DNA from: Octopus bimaculoides
Taxonomy: Eukaryota
Reading direction: 5' to 3'
NCBI RefSeq assembly: GCF_001194135.2
Contig: NC_068981.1
Location: forward strand, 140,106,678-140,170,677
DNA length: 64,000 nt
Shown: piece after piece, positions 13,726-25,415 of the stretch
Position numbering within the stretch: position 1 is the first letter of the stretch
Layout of the letters: every line of letters begins with the position of its first letter
Position numbers and translations under genes: made by a program
The notes under the pieces: model-generated
What the model saw: the letters and a program-made list of their open reading frames with translations, nothing else
The model's database searches: none
What the model was told of the DNA's origin: nothing

Positions 13726-14215
13726 TTCATTGGAGACTGTTTGAGAAGTAAAAGTTCACTGTAGACTGTGTGAAATATACGGGTTCGCAAGACATTGTGT
13801 AAAATACGGATCCACTGGGGACTGAAAAACACGGTCTAGAAAGAAGACGGAAATGTTACAAGCAAGGACAATGAATATAACATCTTGTGGGATTTTACAA
13901 TGCAGTGTGACTCTCTAATTGATGCTCGGAGACTAGACATTGTTGTGGTAACTAAAAGAAACAAAGAAACCAAGATCAGAGATATTGTCATATCTGGGGA
14001 TGCACATTTATAGATGACAAAGAGCTGAAAAAGATTTTAAAATACAGACTCCTAAAAGATAAAATTGCAAGAATGTGGGCAATCAGGAGAGTAATTATTA
14101 TCCCAGTAATTGTAGGGTCCCTCAGAGAACTAGCAGCCAAGTTCGGCAAAATATGTTGGAGAAACTGGAACTGAAATGAGGGCAGAGCAAGGCCAAAAAG
14201 CTGCTCTATTTGGGT
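13726..14215 (+). mobile_element. R4/Dong-clade non-LTR retrotransposon 3' fragment (restriction-like endonuclease region)
   Basis: VHWRL.., EKHGLERRRKCY, NEYNILWDFTMQCDSLIDARRLDIVVV..RDIVISGD, then DDKELKKILKYRLLKDKIARMWAIRRVIIIPVIVGSL, matching the KILWDF..TD...ARRPDIV..ID..VP.D..KE.EK..KY..L..E..R.W..P..VGALG pattern; starts immediately after a short (TAA)n run. Confidence 0.85.
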
Positions 14216-14637
14216 GCGGGGTTGAGATTGGTGCTTTGATGTTTAATCTCTTCTACGATAATTAACAACCAAGTATAAAAGCTTATAATGTGTGGGAAGC
14301 GACCTTGTAAGACCTCTCACAACAGTCTGCTGTCCACTGTCACAGAATCAGACTAGCCAGTTTATTTTCGTCGGCACCCAGTCTCCCCGAAAGCGTCTCG
14401 CTCTTCCCCGCCACTAATACTCTATAAATTTCTAAAGCGGGACATACACCGATCCCATTGCTCGAACAGCTGAGGGCTGTGTGCGCCGGAGGACATTCTA
14501 GGTGCCAGGCGTCCAATCTCGGTCTTTTCGTCATCCGCGGCAGTCAGACGATAAATGATAACACAAGCGATGAGGCATTCACGACCTTTTCCCGACTATT
14601 CCGGGACAGCTTCTCAGCCCAATAATTATAATAAAAC

Positions 14638-14640
<3 letters not shown>

Positions 14641-14695
<55 letters not shown>
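14641..14695. repeat. (GT)n microsatellite
   Basis: Direct reading. Confidence 0.98.
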
Positions 14696-14697
<2 letters not shown>

Positions 14698-16164
14698 CAC
14701 GCGCGCGCGTATTTGAAAGAGCTCGAGAGTGAATTTCGTCTTTCGGTAGTGGTCATTAAATTAAGTATCTATATTCATGCGAATTTTCTCTCTAAGATTT
14801 GACTTTTACTCATGCAACTAAATTTTCATTAGGCCAGATATTTAGGCAACTATGTATATTTCAAATCGCTGACAATCCGCATAAACATCAAGTTTATTGG
14901 AGTTTTCCAGCGGAATAGCAAATCATTTCATCAGAATATGCAATCTTATATATACTGTAATCTCTAATTGAATATATAACGCTTATCTAATGCACAATTT
15001 GAATCTTAGATGTAGAATAGGATAAATTCTGAAGAAGAGAAGCAAAATTTACCTAACCTAATTTCCGTGCCCTATTGAATTAGATTTATACTTTTCAAAG
15101 TTAATATATCAAACAAATTTGTAATTAATGTTTCGTTACCTTCCATAAAATTTCCTTCTACGTTTGTCAAATACTAAATGCAACAAGTAATATCATTTGT
15201 CGTAAGTGAAATTGAATTCCCTGACATTAGATGAGTATGATATATTTAATCTTAAAACACAGAACAAACCGAGGAGAGATTTATGTTATGAAATATATTT
15301 GATTGTATATGTCGTGTCATTTATGCATCTCCTTAAAAAGTTATGAAGCAGTAGTTCGAGAATACAAATTTTTAATGCCAACGATTTATAGAACAATAAA
15401 ACACAAATTTTGAAACAGTTGTTTTTACAGAATACTTATAAAATGTACAGGGGATAGAAAAATTTAATATAAATTATCAATTCTACAAAGGGAAGGTTGA
15501 CAGTAACTTCGAAAGTTCGCTTTGCTCGCCTCCAGTAAACTGCTTTAAGTCTTTACAAGGGATGTTTATGGCGTATTTATTGTTTAGAAAATCCTTTGGG
15601 GGGATAGATAGTGCAATATAATTGATAACTGGATGTGTCATACATAGATCGGAGAAGTAGTTGTGTAGGGAAGTGGGTGAGGATAATATAAAGAATATGT
15701 TTACTGAATGTGAGTTGTTATAAATTTATGGCGAAGAAATTTTTCCTATTTGATAGTGTATTTTATTATTGTTTAGGGAATAATCGGATATGTCAAATTC
15801 ACATCACGATGTTATTTGCATAGAAATTGCAGATTTTGTGTTTTAAGTTGCATAAAAGAATATCTAAAGATAAATCAGCCGGCCGTACCCTATAAGTCAG
15901 ACATAAGTTTGAAATCATATAGGTGTTAGTAGATATCTTTTAAGAAATTTTAAATTTAGCTTATTCTGAAGGTATTTTATACATACACACGCACAGACAT
16001 ACACACACCCAATACAGACAAACACATACATATTTATATGCGCATATCCGTAGGCATACATAAAGATATGTTTACATATACATATATACAAAGATAAACG
16101 TAGGAGTAAGCTACAGATGTATTTTCTATGGTAAGGAAAGGATGAATGTGCATGAGAGATTGCC

Positions 16165-16750
16165 ATGTTTAGATTTTGAATAGATTTATAGATCTGAAAA
16201 GTCTTGTAGTTCTGAAGATTTGATGTTTGCAGGAAGAGAGTAACTCGGAGTTTTGTTTGAGTATGTGTGTCTTAATTTGTGTAATAATGTGTGAGTCTTC
16301 ATTTGTTATAATTCTATAGTGCAGGGATTCTAAGGTTTGGTGTTCGATCGGTAAGGCTGTACACGGAATGACTCTTTTCAATTAACGACTTAATGGAGTT
16401 TCTATAATATTAATACCCATATGCGTTTAGATAATGAAGTGTAGTTTTCATGTTTGGTTTGCAAAATAATATGCGCGTACTGGTTTACCGTGTTTTGAAT
16501 CGCTTTGCTTTTAATCCTATAAATGTCGCGGTAGTTAGTATTGTGGTGTTCGTAGTTGCAGTTTCACTATAGATAATGTTACCTGTAAGGCAATTCTGTT
16601 TAGTGGTTAAACCGAATAGATGTTGCTGTTACTATTAGTGACATATGGTGCGCGGTTTTGGTTTTCATATTTTGAAAATTTTCGTGTGAGTACTTTGTGT
16701 GTTATTTTGGCACTGTTTCGGTACGTACACGGCTTCTGTGGTTAGTCGTT
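16165..16750 (-). mobile_element. Penelope-like element 3' fragment (GIY-YIG end), heavily decayed
   Basis: Minus-strand remnants NCLTGNIIYSETAT..TFIGLKAKRFKTR, TSLSKRIWVL, ILKQNSELLSSCKHQ; same architecture as the better-preserved copy at 41110-41935. Confidence 0.7.
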
Positions 16751-17225
16751 TATGTTTATGAGAAATTTTAGAATATGTGACTATTACTCACTAGTATCTT
16801 CTATCAGGATATTATGTAGCATGTGGTATAATGTGTTACAGATCTTCCTTTTGATATATGTAACGCCATCCTACGAGAAATTATACTAGAATGGACAACA
16901 TAACAGTAAGTGGTCTAAAGAATACAACTTTCAGTTAATCAAAATCGTAGACTGTTTACCATTAGTAGTTTTTACCCAGGTTTACATGATTTTGGTGTTA
17001 TTGAGAACTAGATGTTAGGAGTATGATGTGTGTTTAGTTGCAGTACGATACCGCGGGGCCTGACAAAGAATAATGGTTGTGTCAGAGGTCTCTGGAACTC
17101 AGCCATTAGGATGCGCATATTCATCCATATACACTTCCCTTTATTCACTCTCTACTTAATAACCTAGGGTCCTCTAACAAGCGTACGGAATTTTAATTTG
17201 CATGTGGCTGAAGCAAACTGTTTTA

Positions 17226-17287
<62 letters not shown>

Positions 17288-17311
17288 TAATAATAATAAT
17301 AATAATAATAA
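17226..17311. repeat. (TAA)n microsatellite
   Basis: Direct reading; 5' flank of the R4/Dong-like fragment. Confidence 0.98.
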
Positions 17312-17701
17312 GATCATGAAGAAAAAAATGCTTTCTAATTGATGTATCAATACCAGCAGATGACAACGTTTCTCTAAAAGAAATGGAAAAACTTTCAAAA
17401 TACAAAGACCTGGAAATAGAGATAACTCGAATGTGGAATCTAAAAACAGAAACAATTCCTATCATAGTAGGTGCCTTAGGTATAATAAAAAAATATTCAG
17501 ACAAATACATAACAAAAACACCAGGACTTACAAATATATATAACATACAGAAAATTGCACGACTGGGTACTGCACACATTCTACGCAAAACACTTTCAAT
17601 ACAGTAAACATAAGAGCACCACAGCAAACCACAGCACATACCCAAGGCGCACAGAGCTGCGCCCGGTAGTGAAGTGAAAGCACGTTATAAAAATAAAACT
17701 A

Positions 17702-17705
<4 letters not shown>
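17312..17705 (+). mobile_element. 5'-truncated R4/Dong-clade retrotransposon inserted in (TAA)n
   Basis: DHEEKK/CFLIDVSIPADDNVSLKEMEKLSKYKDLEIEITRMWNLKTETIPIIVGALGII..IQKIARLGTAHILRKTL (ORF 17383-17607), then a short 3' UTR; (TAA)n on both sides. Confidence 0.9.
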
Positions 17706-17774
<69 letters not shown>

Positions 17775-17777
<3 letters not shown>

Positions 17778-17859
17778 GCAAACCACAGCACATACCCATG
17801 GCACACAGAGCTGCGCTCGGTGGTGAACTAAAAGCACGTTATAAAAATAAAACTACTGA
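17775..17859 (+). mobile_element. Second, 85-bp 3'-UTR-only copy of the same R4/Dong-like element
   Basis: Aligns to 17621-17705 with 6 substitutions; separated from it by (TAA)n and followed by more (TAA)n. Confidence 0.9.
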
Positions 17860-17895
17860 ACAATAATAATAATAATACTCCGAGAGTGTAGTGAG

Positions 17896-18094
17896 TGCTT
17901 TTACGTGCCACCGGCACGAGGGCCACTCAGGCGGTACTGGCAACGGTCACGCTCAAATGGTGTTTTTTACGTGCCACATTCACAGGAGCCTGTCAGGCGG
18001 CACTGGCAACGACCTCGCTCGAATGTTTTTTCATGTGCCACCAGCACGAATACCAGTAAGGCAACGCTGGTAACGATCACGCTCAAATGGTGCT
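17896..18094. repeat. Three tandem 64-66-bp GC-rich units, probably part of an interspersed repeat
   Basis: Units start near 17901, 17967 and 18031 (TTACGTGCCACC..GGCACTGGCAACG..CACGCTCAAATGGTG). Confidence 0.9.
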
Positions 18095-18099
18095 GACTT

Positions 18100-18920
18100 A
18101 CGAAAGTTTTAACATCCTCTCCTTCGAAATAGTCACCTTGCACGGCAGTACATCGGTCCCAGCGTTCCTGTCACTTTTGGAATCCGGCATGGAAATCGTT
18201 TTCCGTAAGCGACTCCAGGACCGTCTGTAATGCGCTCTTGACCTCGATAACGGTGTTAAATGGGTGACCATTGAGTTACATTTTCATCATGGAGAAGAAA
18301 TTGAAGCCCGCCGGTGCTGAATTTTGCGAATAGGGCGGGTGTGGAAGCGATACAATTCTTTTGACAAGAAACTAACGAGTGAGGAGAGCTCGGTGACAGG
18401 GTGCATTGTTGTCTTGAAGAATCCAGATCTTTGTGCTCCACAGATCTGGTTGCTTTCGCCAAATATCCTCCCTCAAACGCTTCAAAACATTGCTGTAGAA
18501 CTCTCGATTGGCAGTTTGCCCCTGGGGGATTAATTCTCAACGCACAATACCGCGGATGTCAAAACAATGTTTAGTGTGTTCGGTTGAGCTGCAACTCTGC
18601 TGTGCCCCACTGGTCGTGGAGATGAAGGGCTTTTCCGTTGTGGCGACTCAATGTCTCTGTAACAGATTTCCCAACTTCAACGCCAAATTTTACGTTGCCT
18701 TTTTGTTCCCACTTCCTGTCCCTGAAAAATATGGCAGATTACAGCATACACATGATCACAAAAACACAAATTACACAATTTACGAAGTAAACACAGCAAT
18801 GTCACTCGGCACACTGCCTCATGAAGTTCACTGCTAGCCCTCACTGCACACGCAAACTTTTGCAGCCATCTTTTGGCGCTCTACAGGAGGCGACCGGGAA
18901 CTTTTTGATACCGCCTTGTA
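18100..18920 (-). mobile_element. Internally deleted mariner-type (Tc1/mariner) element
   Basis: Terminus CAAGGCGGTATCAAAAAGTTCCCGGTC next to TA at 18919-18920; N-terminal EQKGNVKFGVEVGKSVTETL joined directly to ..DIRGIVR*ELIPQGQTANREFYSNVLKRLREDIWRKQPDLW..LQDNNAPCH..LPHPPYSQNSAP..RWDRCTAVQGDYFEG. Opposite TIR not found. Confidence 0.92.
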
Positions 18921-18981
18921 TATATATATAAGTGTATGAGTGTATCNNNNNNNNNNNNNNNNNNNNNNNNNNNNNNNNNTA

Positions 18982-19130
18982 CATATTTATGTATATTTCA
19001 AGTCACTCATTGGGTTATTGGTATAGGTAATCAGTTGCAACAAGTTGTGACGAATAACAAATGAAACTTGTTGCACCTGATTACCTATTACCAATAACCC
19101 AATGAGTGACTTGAAATATACATAAATATG
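18982..19130. repeat. Near-perfect 65/66-bp inverted repeat with 18-nt spacer
   Basis: 18982-19046 vs reverse complement of 19065-19130: one mismatch and one 1-nt indel. Confidence 0.95.
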
Positions 19131-19178
19131 CAAGTGTACGCATATATATATATATATATATATATAGATATATATATC

Positions 19179-19436
19179 TGCCAAATTACCAAATTATGTT
19201 ATAAGGATAACATATATCCAACAATACCTCACCGCGATGTCATTATACTCAGCTCGGTGAATAAGCACCTTGAAAGACCGCTATGGATTATAGGTTGATC
19301 CCTGCTATTTACCTGTGGTTAAGGTAGTATTCCGAAGTCACCCACACAAAATAGTATTCTGTAGATCGAATAACTGTAACACTGGATCTCCAATAGTTTA
19401 TAACAATGAACTTTGCTTCTCTTTGGTAATTTGGCA
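19179..19436. mobile_element. Putative MITE-like element with 15-bp inverted ends
   Basis: TGCCAAATTACCAAA (19179-19193) and TTTGGTAATTTGGCA (19422-19436) are exact reverse complements; non-coding interior; no clear TSD. Confidence 0.45.
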
Positions 19437-20890
19437 AACTAACAATGTCTCTTTGTTAGTGTTATCTTAAATGTTACCCATGCAACGGGTGCTACAAAGT
19501 TGTCGGTTTGTGACGCATTACAAAAACGCTGACCATACTCACAATCAGATTTGAATGGCGTATCGGAGCATGTTTCAAGTGAGTGTCATTCTAGACAGCA
19601 TCATGCATGTGACCTTCGATCGTTCTTTCGATTATGTGCCCCTATTCACGATGGAGTATGTAGTCTGGAGTCAAACTTTGTACACGTCTCTATATTGAAT
19701 GCTTTGAGTTGTGGCTGACTTGGGGCAGTGTCAAACAATTAGCTTCTCAGGAGCGGTTATTCATCTTCAGGTATATCTGCGACTTACAATAGAGCAGTCA
19801 GAGGAAAATTGCGGCCTTCTGGATATTTTAATGGCACGCTTTTAGAAAAGTTACCTTGAATGTTTGTTTTAGTATGAAGCCAGACTGTTTCCAAGTCATG
19901 TCCCATATGGCCCGCTTCTCAAAAAGTTGCCCATACCTGTTTCAGGGTATGCTCTTTACTGAGTATCCGAAGACGCCAGACTGAATTTTGAGGTGACATA
20001 AATACATACACATACATACATGCATGCATATGTACATATAATCACACATAAAAATACATGGTTACATATATATCCTTGTGTGTGTGCATATACGCGAATA
20101 TATATGCATATGTTTGTACACACACATACACGTGTATGTGTGTGTGTACATATAACTCTATACATAAACATATATGCAAAAATTTATAGCCGTTTGCGAT
20201 AAACAATATGCGCCTAACATTGCAGCAATATATCATACAGTATTTCCCTCCTGGAGACGATAAAAGGCTAGATACGGCTTTCTGATATTCTATCTCACTT
20301 ATTCATTCGTAATTCTCTGGCAGAAAAATCAATTATATTAATTTAATTTCCATTTCTCAACTCATTTTGTTATTCCATTCTATTTTCTGCTTAGCCTGTT
20401 ATTTATATTTGTTTCAAAATTAGTTATGGAAAACTAGCTACTGATAACGTTATGCAAATACTATAAAACTTAGGATTTGAACAAACTATTTTCTGACGAA
20501 TATTTATATTTGCACAAAAATATTTTTATTCGCACATATATTGTATTTGCATAATACCATTTTGTGAAGAATATTTTTGAAATACATTACACAACCATCC
20601 TACATTTTTTCTGTTTTATAGTATATGCATTTGTTGAATAATCCCGTCATTATTTATAAATTTTCGATGGAACAATTATCAGTTAATTGTTATTTCCGAA
20701 GGTGAGAATGACAAGGATGTTTGTATCACTAGTACTGAGTATATCCAACGTATTTTTATGTATTACGTCGTTTATTCGGTAAATGTTTGATTATTTACAG
20801 GTACATCACCGATTTTACAGTATCCTTGGTTCTAAAACCTCGATGGATTAATCGTTTTACCTGATCATCTGCAGTCCGTGGTTACCTCAT

Positions 20891-21073
20891 AATGGTTTCG
20901 AATTTTGGCACAAAGCCAGCATTTTGGGGAGGGTTTCGCTGGTACTTATTTTATCGTTCTCGAGGGATGAAAGGCAAAGTCGACCACGGCAATATTTGAA
21001 GTCAAAACGAAAAAGCGGACGATCATGCCGCTAAACATTTTGCCCAGTGTGGTAAGTATTCTGCCAGCTCGCC
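20891..21073 (-). mobile_element. tRNA-derived SINE
   Basis: Reverse-complement homolog of 6401-6614 (..GATGAAAGGCAAAGTCGACC..ATTCTGCCAGCTCGCC). Confidence 0.85.
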
Positions 21074-21799
21074 ACATTCGTGGGCACCTAACAATAATTC
21101 ATCAAAATATTTCTGACCTATTAATTATATACCACCCATGCGCTAGAGTACCATGAACATTATAATTTTATCTTCCATCTATGTGAACTGATGTTTAAAG
21201 CTTGACTTCTACTTACACTCTCAGCCCTGTTACTTGTAGCTACGGTTATCTTTCATTAAAAAAAAAGCAGAGGGTCTCTTATATGTAAACACAAGGTAAA
21301 CAATCTGCGGTCGTGCTGTGAACTAGAGTGGTAGTGTCTGGAATTTCAATTTTCACCTCGTAATTTATCCAGATTAAAGATGTCGGACCATCAGTTATTA
21401 AAACTCGTTGGCTGATGTACGTGTATAAGAATTCATACTCACATGCTCGTACCCCCACCTCACACACGCACACAAGTGTACTAGTACTGGGCGTTTGTAG
21501 ATATGATCAACCCAGCTTCAGATAAATGTCCTTTAAAGAAATCAAGTGTTAAACGTTCCATGCTACGTCAAGTTTCATACTCTGATAGTACAGTAACCTG
21601 ATGGGCCAACGTAGTGCATTGTTCAATTTGATTAAGCCCGTATGATATTGCTACACGGAAGACATGGTCTTTTATGTGAGGGAACGTGAAAATAAAACAA
21701 GAAAAGTTTTAGTAAAATATTTATAGTGCCGCTTTAGTCCGTTAAATGAAGAATCTTGGTAATTTTGCGTGTTTACCTGTGAAAAAAAATATCTACACC

Positions 21800-22560
21800 T
21801 AAATGGGTTAGCCGAATATGGAAAAATAAGGCCAATTTGCGTTAAAAAGGGTGTATAATCCGATGATGGGGTGCTTTCAAGTTCGGCAACAGGAACCTGT
21901 TGAGAGAGATACAACTTGTAAAACTCTCTAATTTCGGGTTTAGAAGGTCAATGCAGTTCTTCGATTTCATAAGAAAATGGGTTCTTTCGGTTGCACTGAG
22001 CATACACTGTTTTGATTCATTAATGTATGTCTTAGATCTCACTATGCTGCTTCACTTGATGGTATGTACTGTGGCTCGCTAACACTGTACTTTTCTTTTT
22101 CTCTGCGTGCTTGAAGAAAGAATGGCGATTGACGTAATTGTTTCTGAAGTCTCTTTTTGTCGTACATAAGATCAGATTGAAGTTCATTTCGGTCATATAC
22201 TCCCTTAATGACTTTCTGGAATTTAGAATACTCTAGAAAGATTGCTATTTGACCATGGTCGGGGCATATTACATACCTTAGTGCACCTAGTACAGTTCCC
22301 CATAGTACATTATATATGCTTTTAACTTTTCTTGAGTAAATTCCATTGATGACAACATGATGGATTGTCGTTGTCAAGAAACATTTAATCAACTGCAGCA
22401 GCGTACCACTGGCGACGATGTTGGCTAAAATCCCAAGCAATACCTTGTAATCGACTCTATCAAAAGTGTTATTTAAGTCAAGGTAAATGACGTATTTGCT
22501 GAAAGATCTTTCGCAAAGCATTTAGAATGCTATCAGTGATGGAAGTCCTATGTTAGGGGA
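21800..22560 (-). mobile_element. CR1/Jockey-group LINE RT fragment
   Basis: ORF 22042-22521: VIYLDLNNTFDRVDYKVLL..GTLLQLIKCFL..HVVING..VLWGTVLG..KFQKVIKGVYDRNELQSDL, resembling the CR1 RT consensus IYLDF.KAFD.V.H..LL..R.Q.V..NG..GVPQG.VLG..LQ.DL. Confidence 0.85.
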
Positions 22561-23157
22561 CCAGGAAAACCATGTTAATTGGAATAAAGGAGTTGGTTTT
22601 TCTGAAGGAAGGCAGTTATGTTTGATCTCTCTCCGCTCTCAAATACTTAAACGACACGTACGTTTAGTGTGACCGATTTCATACATATATGCATTCAGAC
22701 ATGTTAGCTGTCAACTCGTACACGATTATGACCAGCACTGACAAATTATCTTATTCTAGATATTAAAGATAATATCGAGAATAAAATATTGCTGTTAGTA
22801 ATGTCTGTGCTTAACTTTAAAAATCAATAACAGCTTCTGCAACACTGCTAAGACTCACCCAGAAAGCCAAGTAATCCAGAAACAAAGAAGAGGAAGATTT
22901 CAGGCTACGCAATGAAACGGGTATTATTTTGACATTTCCTTCTCATTGTGTGATAGTTAAACAAAAACTGGGGGTTCCATTGCTAGCTGTTGGATGGCCG
23001 TTGACTCTACTGTTTCCGTCTTGCAAGGTGTCTAACGAAACCCATCCTCCATACCAAGCAGGCTTCGTAGGGTCACTGGTTTAGTCACCAACGGCCCCGA
23101 CCATGCGACATGTATTCGGTTACATATTATCAGCAGCACTAAATGTGACCTGGCATT

Positions 23158-23328
<171 letters not shown>

Positions 23329-23519
23329 TTTGTTTCGAAATTGTGCGAATGCGCAGAGTAATATATTAGTTGTATAAAGTTAAAACAGTTCGGTTTTCAC
23401 GTTTTTTTTGTGGTATGTTAACAAAATTAGCGCTTTGATACATAGTGTACTTATGAGATTTCAAATGTATTTAACTGACATTTGAGTTCTTAACAGCTTC
23501 AGTACGTCTTAGAACGTTC

Positions 23520-23915
23520 CAACCAACTGAATGTTTAGAATATCTAATGATAACAGATATGGAACGTGTCAATACATGCATACGGCTAGATCCATTAGAA
23601 CGAAGAATGCACAGATTTTCGCAAATGCAGATGTGAACTGCAAAAGCAGAAATTTGATCAGCTGCATTAAATGCCCGAATTGCGAGGAATTATATATAGG
23701 TGAGAAGGGAATGCATTACCTGAACGCTCACGAGTCCACAGACAACAAATCTGGAACACCAATATTCGCCAAATTTCAATGAGCGAACATATAGAGACAT
23801 GTGGTCAGAAAATGCTTCTAATATTTCCATTCCACAAACTAGATGACGGAAGTGAGGTTGAAAGAAAGATAAAAGGAAAACGGTTTATTAAAATGCTCAA
23901 ACACGCTCTGAACGG
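23520..23915 (+). mobile_element. Penelope-like element 3' fragment (Cys linker + GIY-YIG)
   Basis: ORF 23531-23782: RYGTCQYM..VNCKSRNLISCIKCPNCEELYIGE; continues out of frame MSEHIETCG..IFPFHKL..ERKIK..FIKMLK. Confidence 0.85.
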
Positions 23916-24241
23916 AAATAACAGTAATAATATAACAACCAGTTAATGATGTGGATTGATAGATATAACTAAGTTACAGAATATCGTTACGCCTGGCAAA
24001 CCGTGATGTTTCAGAGCATGCAGATTGATCAGAAATGTATCCTAAAAATTCAGCTGGTTGGAGCGTTCTAAAAGGTAATAAAGTTGTCAAGAACTCAACT
24101 GTCAGTTAATCATATCTGAAATCTCATGAGTAAACTATGTATGAAAGAGCTAATTTTGTTAAAATGCTATAATACAAAGCACGAAAACCAGACTACGTTC
24201 TTACTTTATTCAACTAATATATATATATATATATGTTTATA

Positions 24242-24272
<31 letters not shown>

Positions 24273-24875
24273 NNNNNNNNNNNNNNNNNNNNNNNNNNNN
24301 NNNNNNNNNNNNNNNNNNNNNNNNNNNNNNNNNNNNNNNNNNNNNNNNNNNNNNNNNNNNNNNNNNNNNNNNNNNNNNNNNNNNNNNNNNNNNNNNNNNN
24401 NNNNNNNNNNNNNNNNNNNNNNNNNNNNNNNNNNNNNNNNNNNNNNNNNNNNNNNNNNNNNNNNNNNNNNNNNNNNNNNNNNNNNNNNNNNNNNNNNNNN
24501 NNNNNNNNNNNNNNNNNNNNNNNNNNNNNNNNNNNNNNNNNNNNNNNNNNNNNNNNNNNNNNNNNNNNNNNNNNNNNNNNNNNNNNNNNNNNNNNNNNNN
24601 NNNNNNNNNNNNNNNNNNNNNNNNNNNNNNNNNNNNNNNNNNNNNNNNNNNNNNNNNNNNNNNNNNNNNNNNNNNNNNNNNNNNNNNNNNNNNNNNNNNN
24701 NNNNNNNNNNNNNNNNNNNNNNNNNNNNNNNNNNNNNNNNNNNNNNNNNNNNNNNNNNNNNNNNNNNNNNNNNNNNNNNNNNNNNNNNNNNNNNNNNNNN
24801 NNNNNNNNNNNNNNNNNNNNNNNNNNNNNNNCTACACGCACACACACACACACACACACATAAACACACATACAC

Positions 24876-24934
<59 letters not shown>

Positions 24935-24935
<1 letters not shown>

Positions 24936-25415
24936 GTAGCAACCCAGACCACTGAAAAGGCTACTGACAAATGCAAAAGCTATACATAACAACACCGAAA
25001 CCAATAATAAAAAAAATGCTTACGTCCAAGCTGTGGAACATGCCATAACACAACTTGAAGGTTCAGAATTCCACTTCAAACAAGGAGAAAGGTTCACTGT
25101 TAAAATCAACTACACTTGTGCAACTAAGAATCTAATTTACGTTATATCTTATTAACGTTGTGGATACACATATATAGGACAGACAAGTAAGTCACTCAGA
25201 CGGAGAATCACACTGCATAAGGAACATATCCATTTCCCAAGGTATAGACAGATGCCTTTACGTGAATACATAGGGATATGTGCTGGGAGTCTCCAAACAA
25301 TTTTATGGTCTTCTCCATCTACCAGCGCAAGGGAATACTTTCTGTAAACGTACGCTTAAATGAAGAAAATATATGCATCGAAAAATACAGAACACGCCTA
25401 AACATGAACGCATAA
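24935..25415 (+). mobile_element. Penelope-like element 3' fragment, same family as 9044-11849
   Basis: KPIIKKCLRPSCGTC, LEGSEFHFKQGERFTVKINYTCATKNLIYVIS..RCGYTYIGQTSKSLRRRITLH; nucleotide match ACTTGAAGGTTCAGAATTCCACTTCAAACAAGG to the reverse complement of about 9560-9595. Confidence 0.88.

Noticed and set aside
15560-15800. Possible further Penelope-linker remnant (IGK.FFAI..ILTHFP) on the minus strand
   Set aside because: Needs several frameshifts and is not colinear with the neighbouring fragment.
17896-18094. CRISPR-like array (also considered for 55741-55857)
   Set aside because: Units are contiguous tandem repeats without unique spacers, there are no cas genes, and the context is eukaryotic.
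19908-19939. hAT/Charlie-like terminus CAGGTATGGGCAACTTTTT on the minus strand
   Set aside because: No partner end or 8-bp TSD found in the window.
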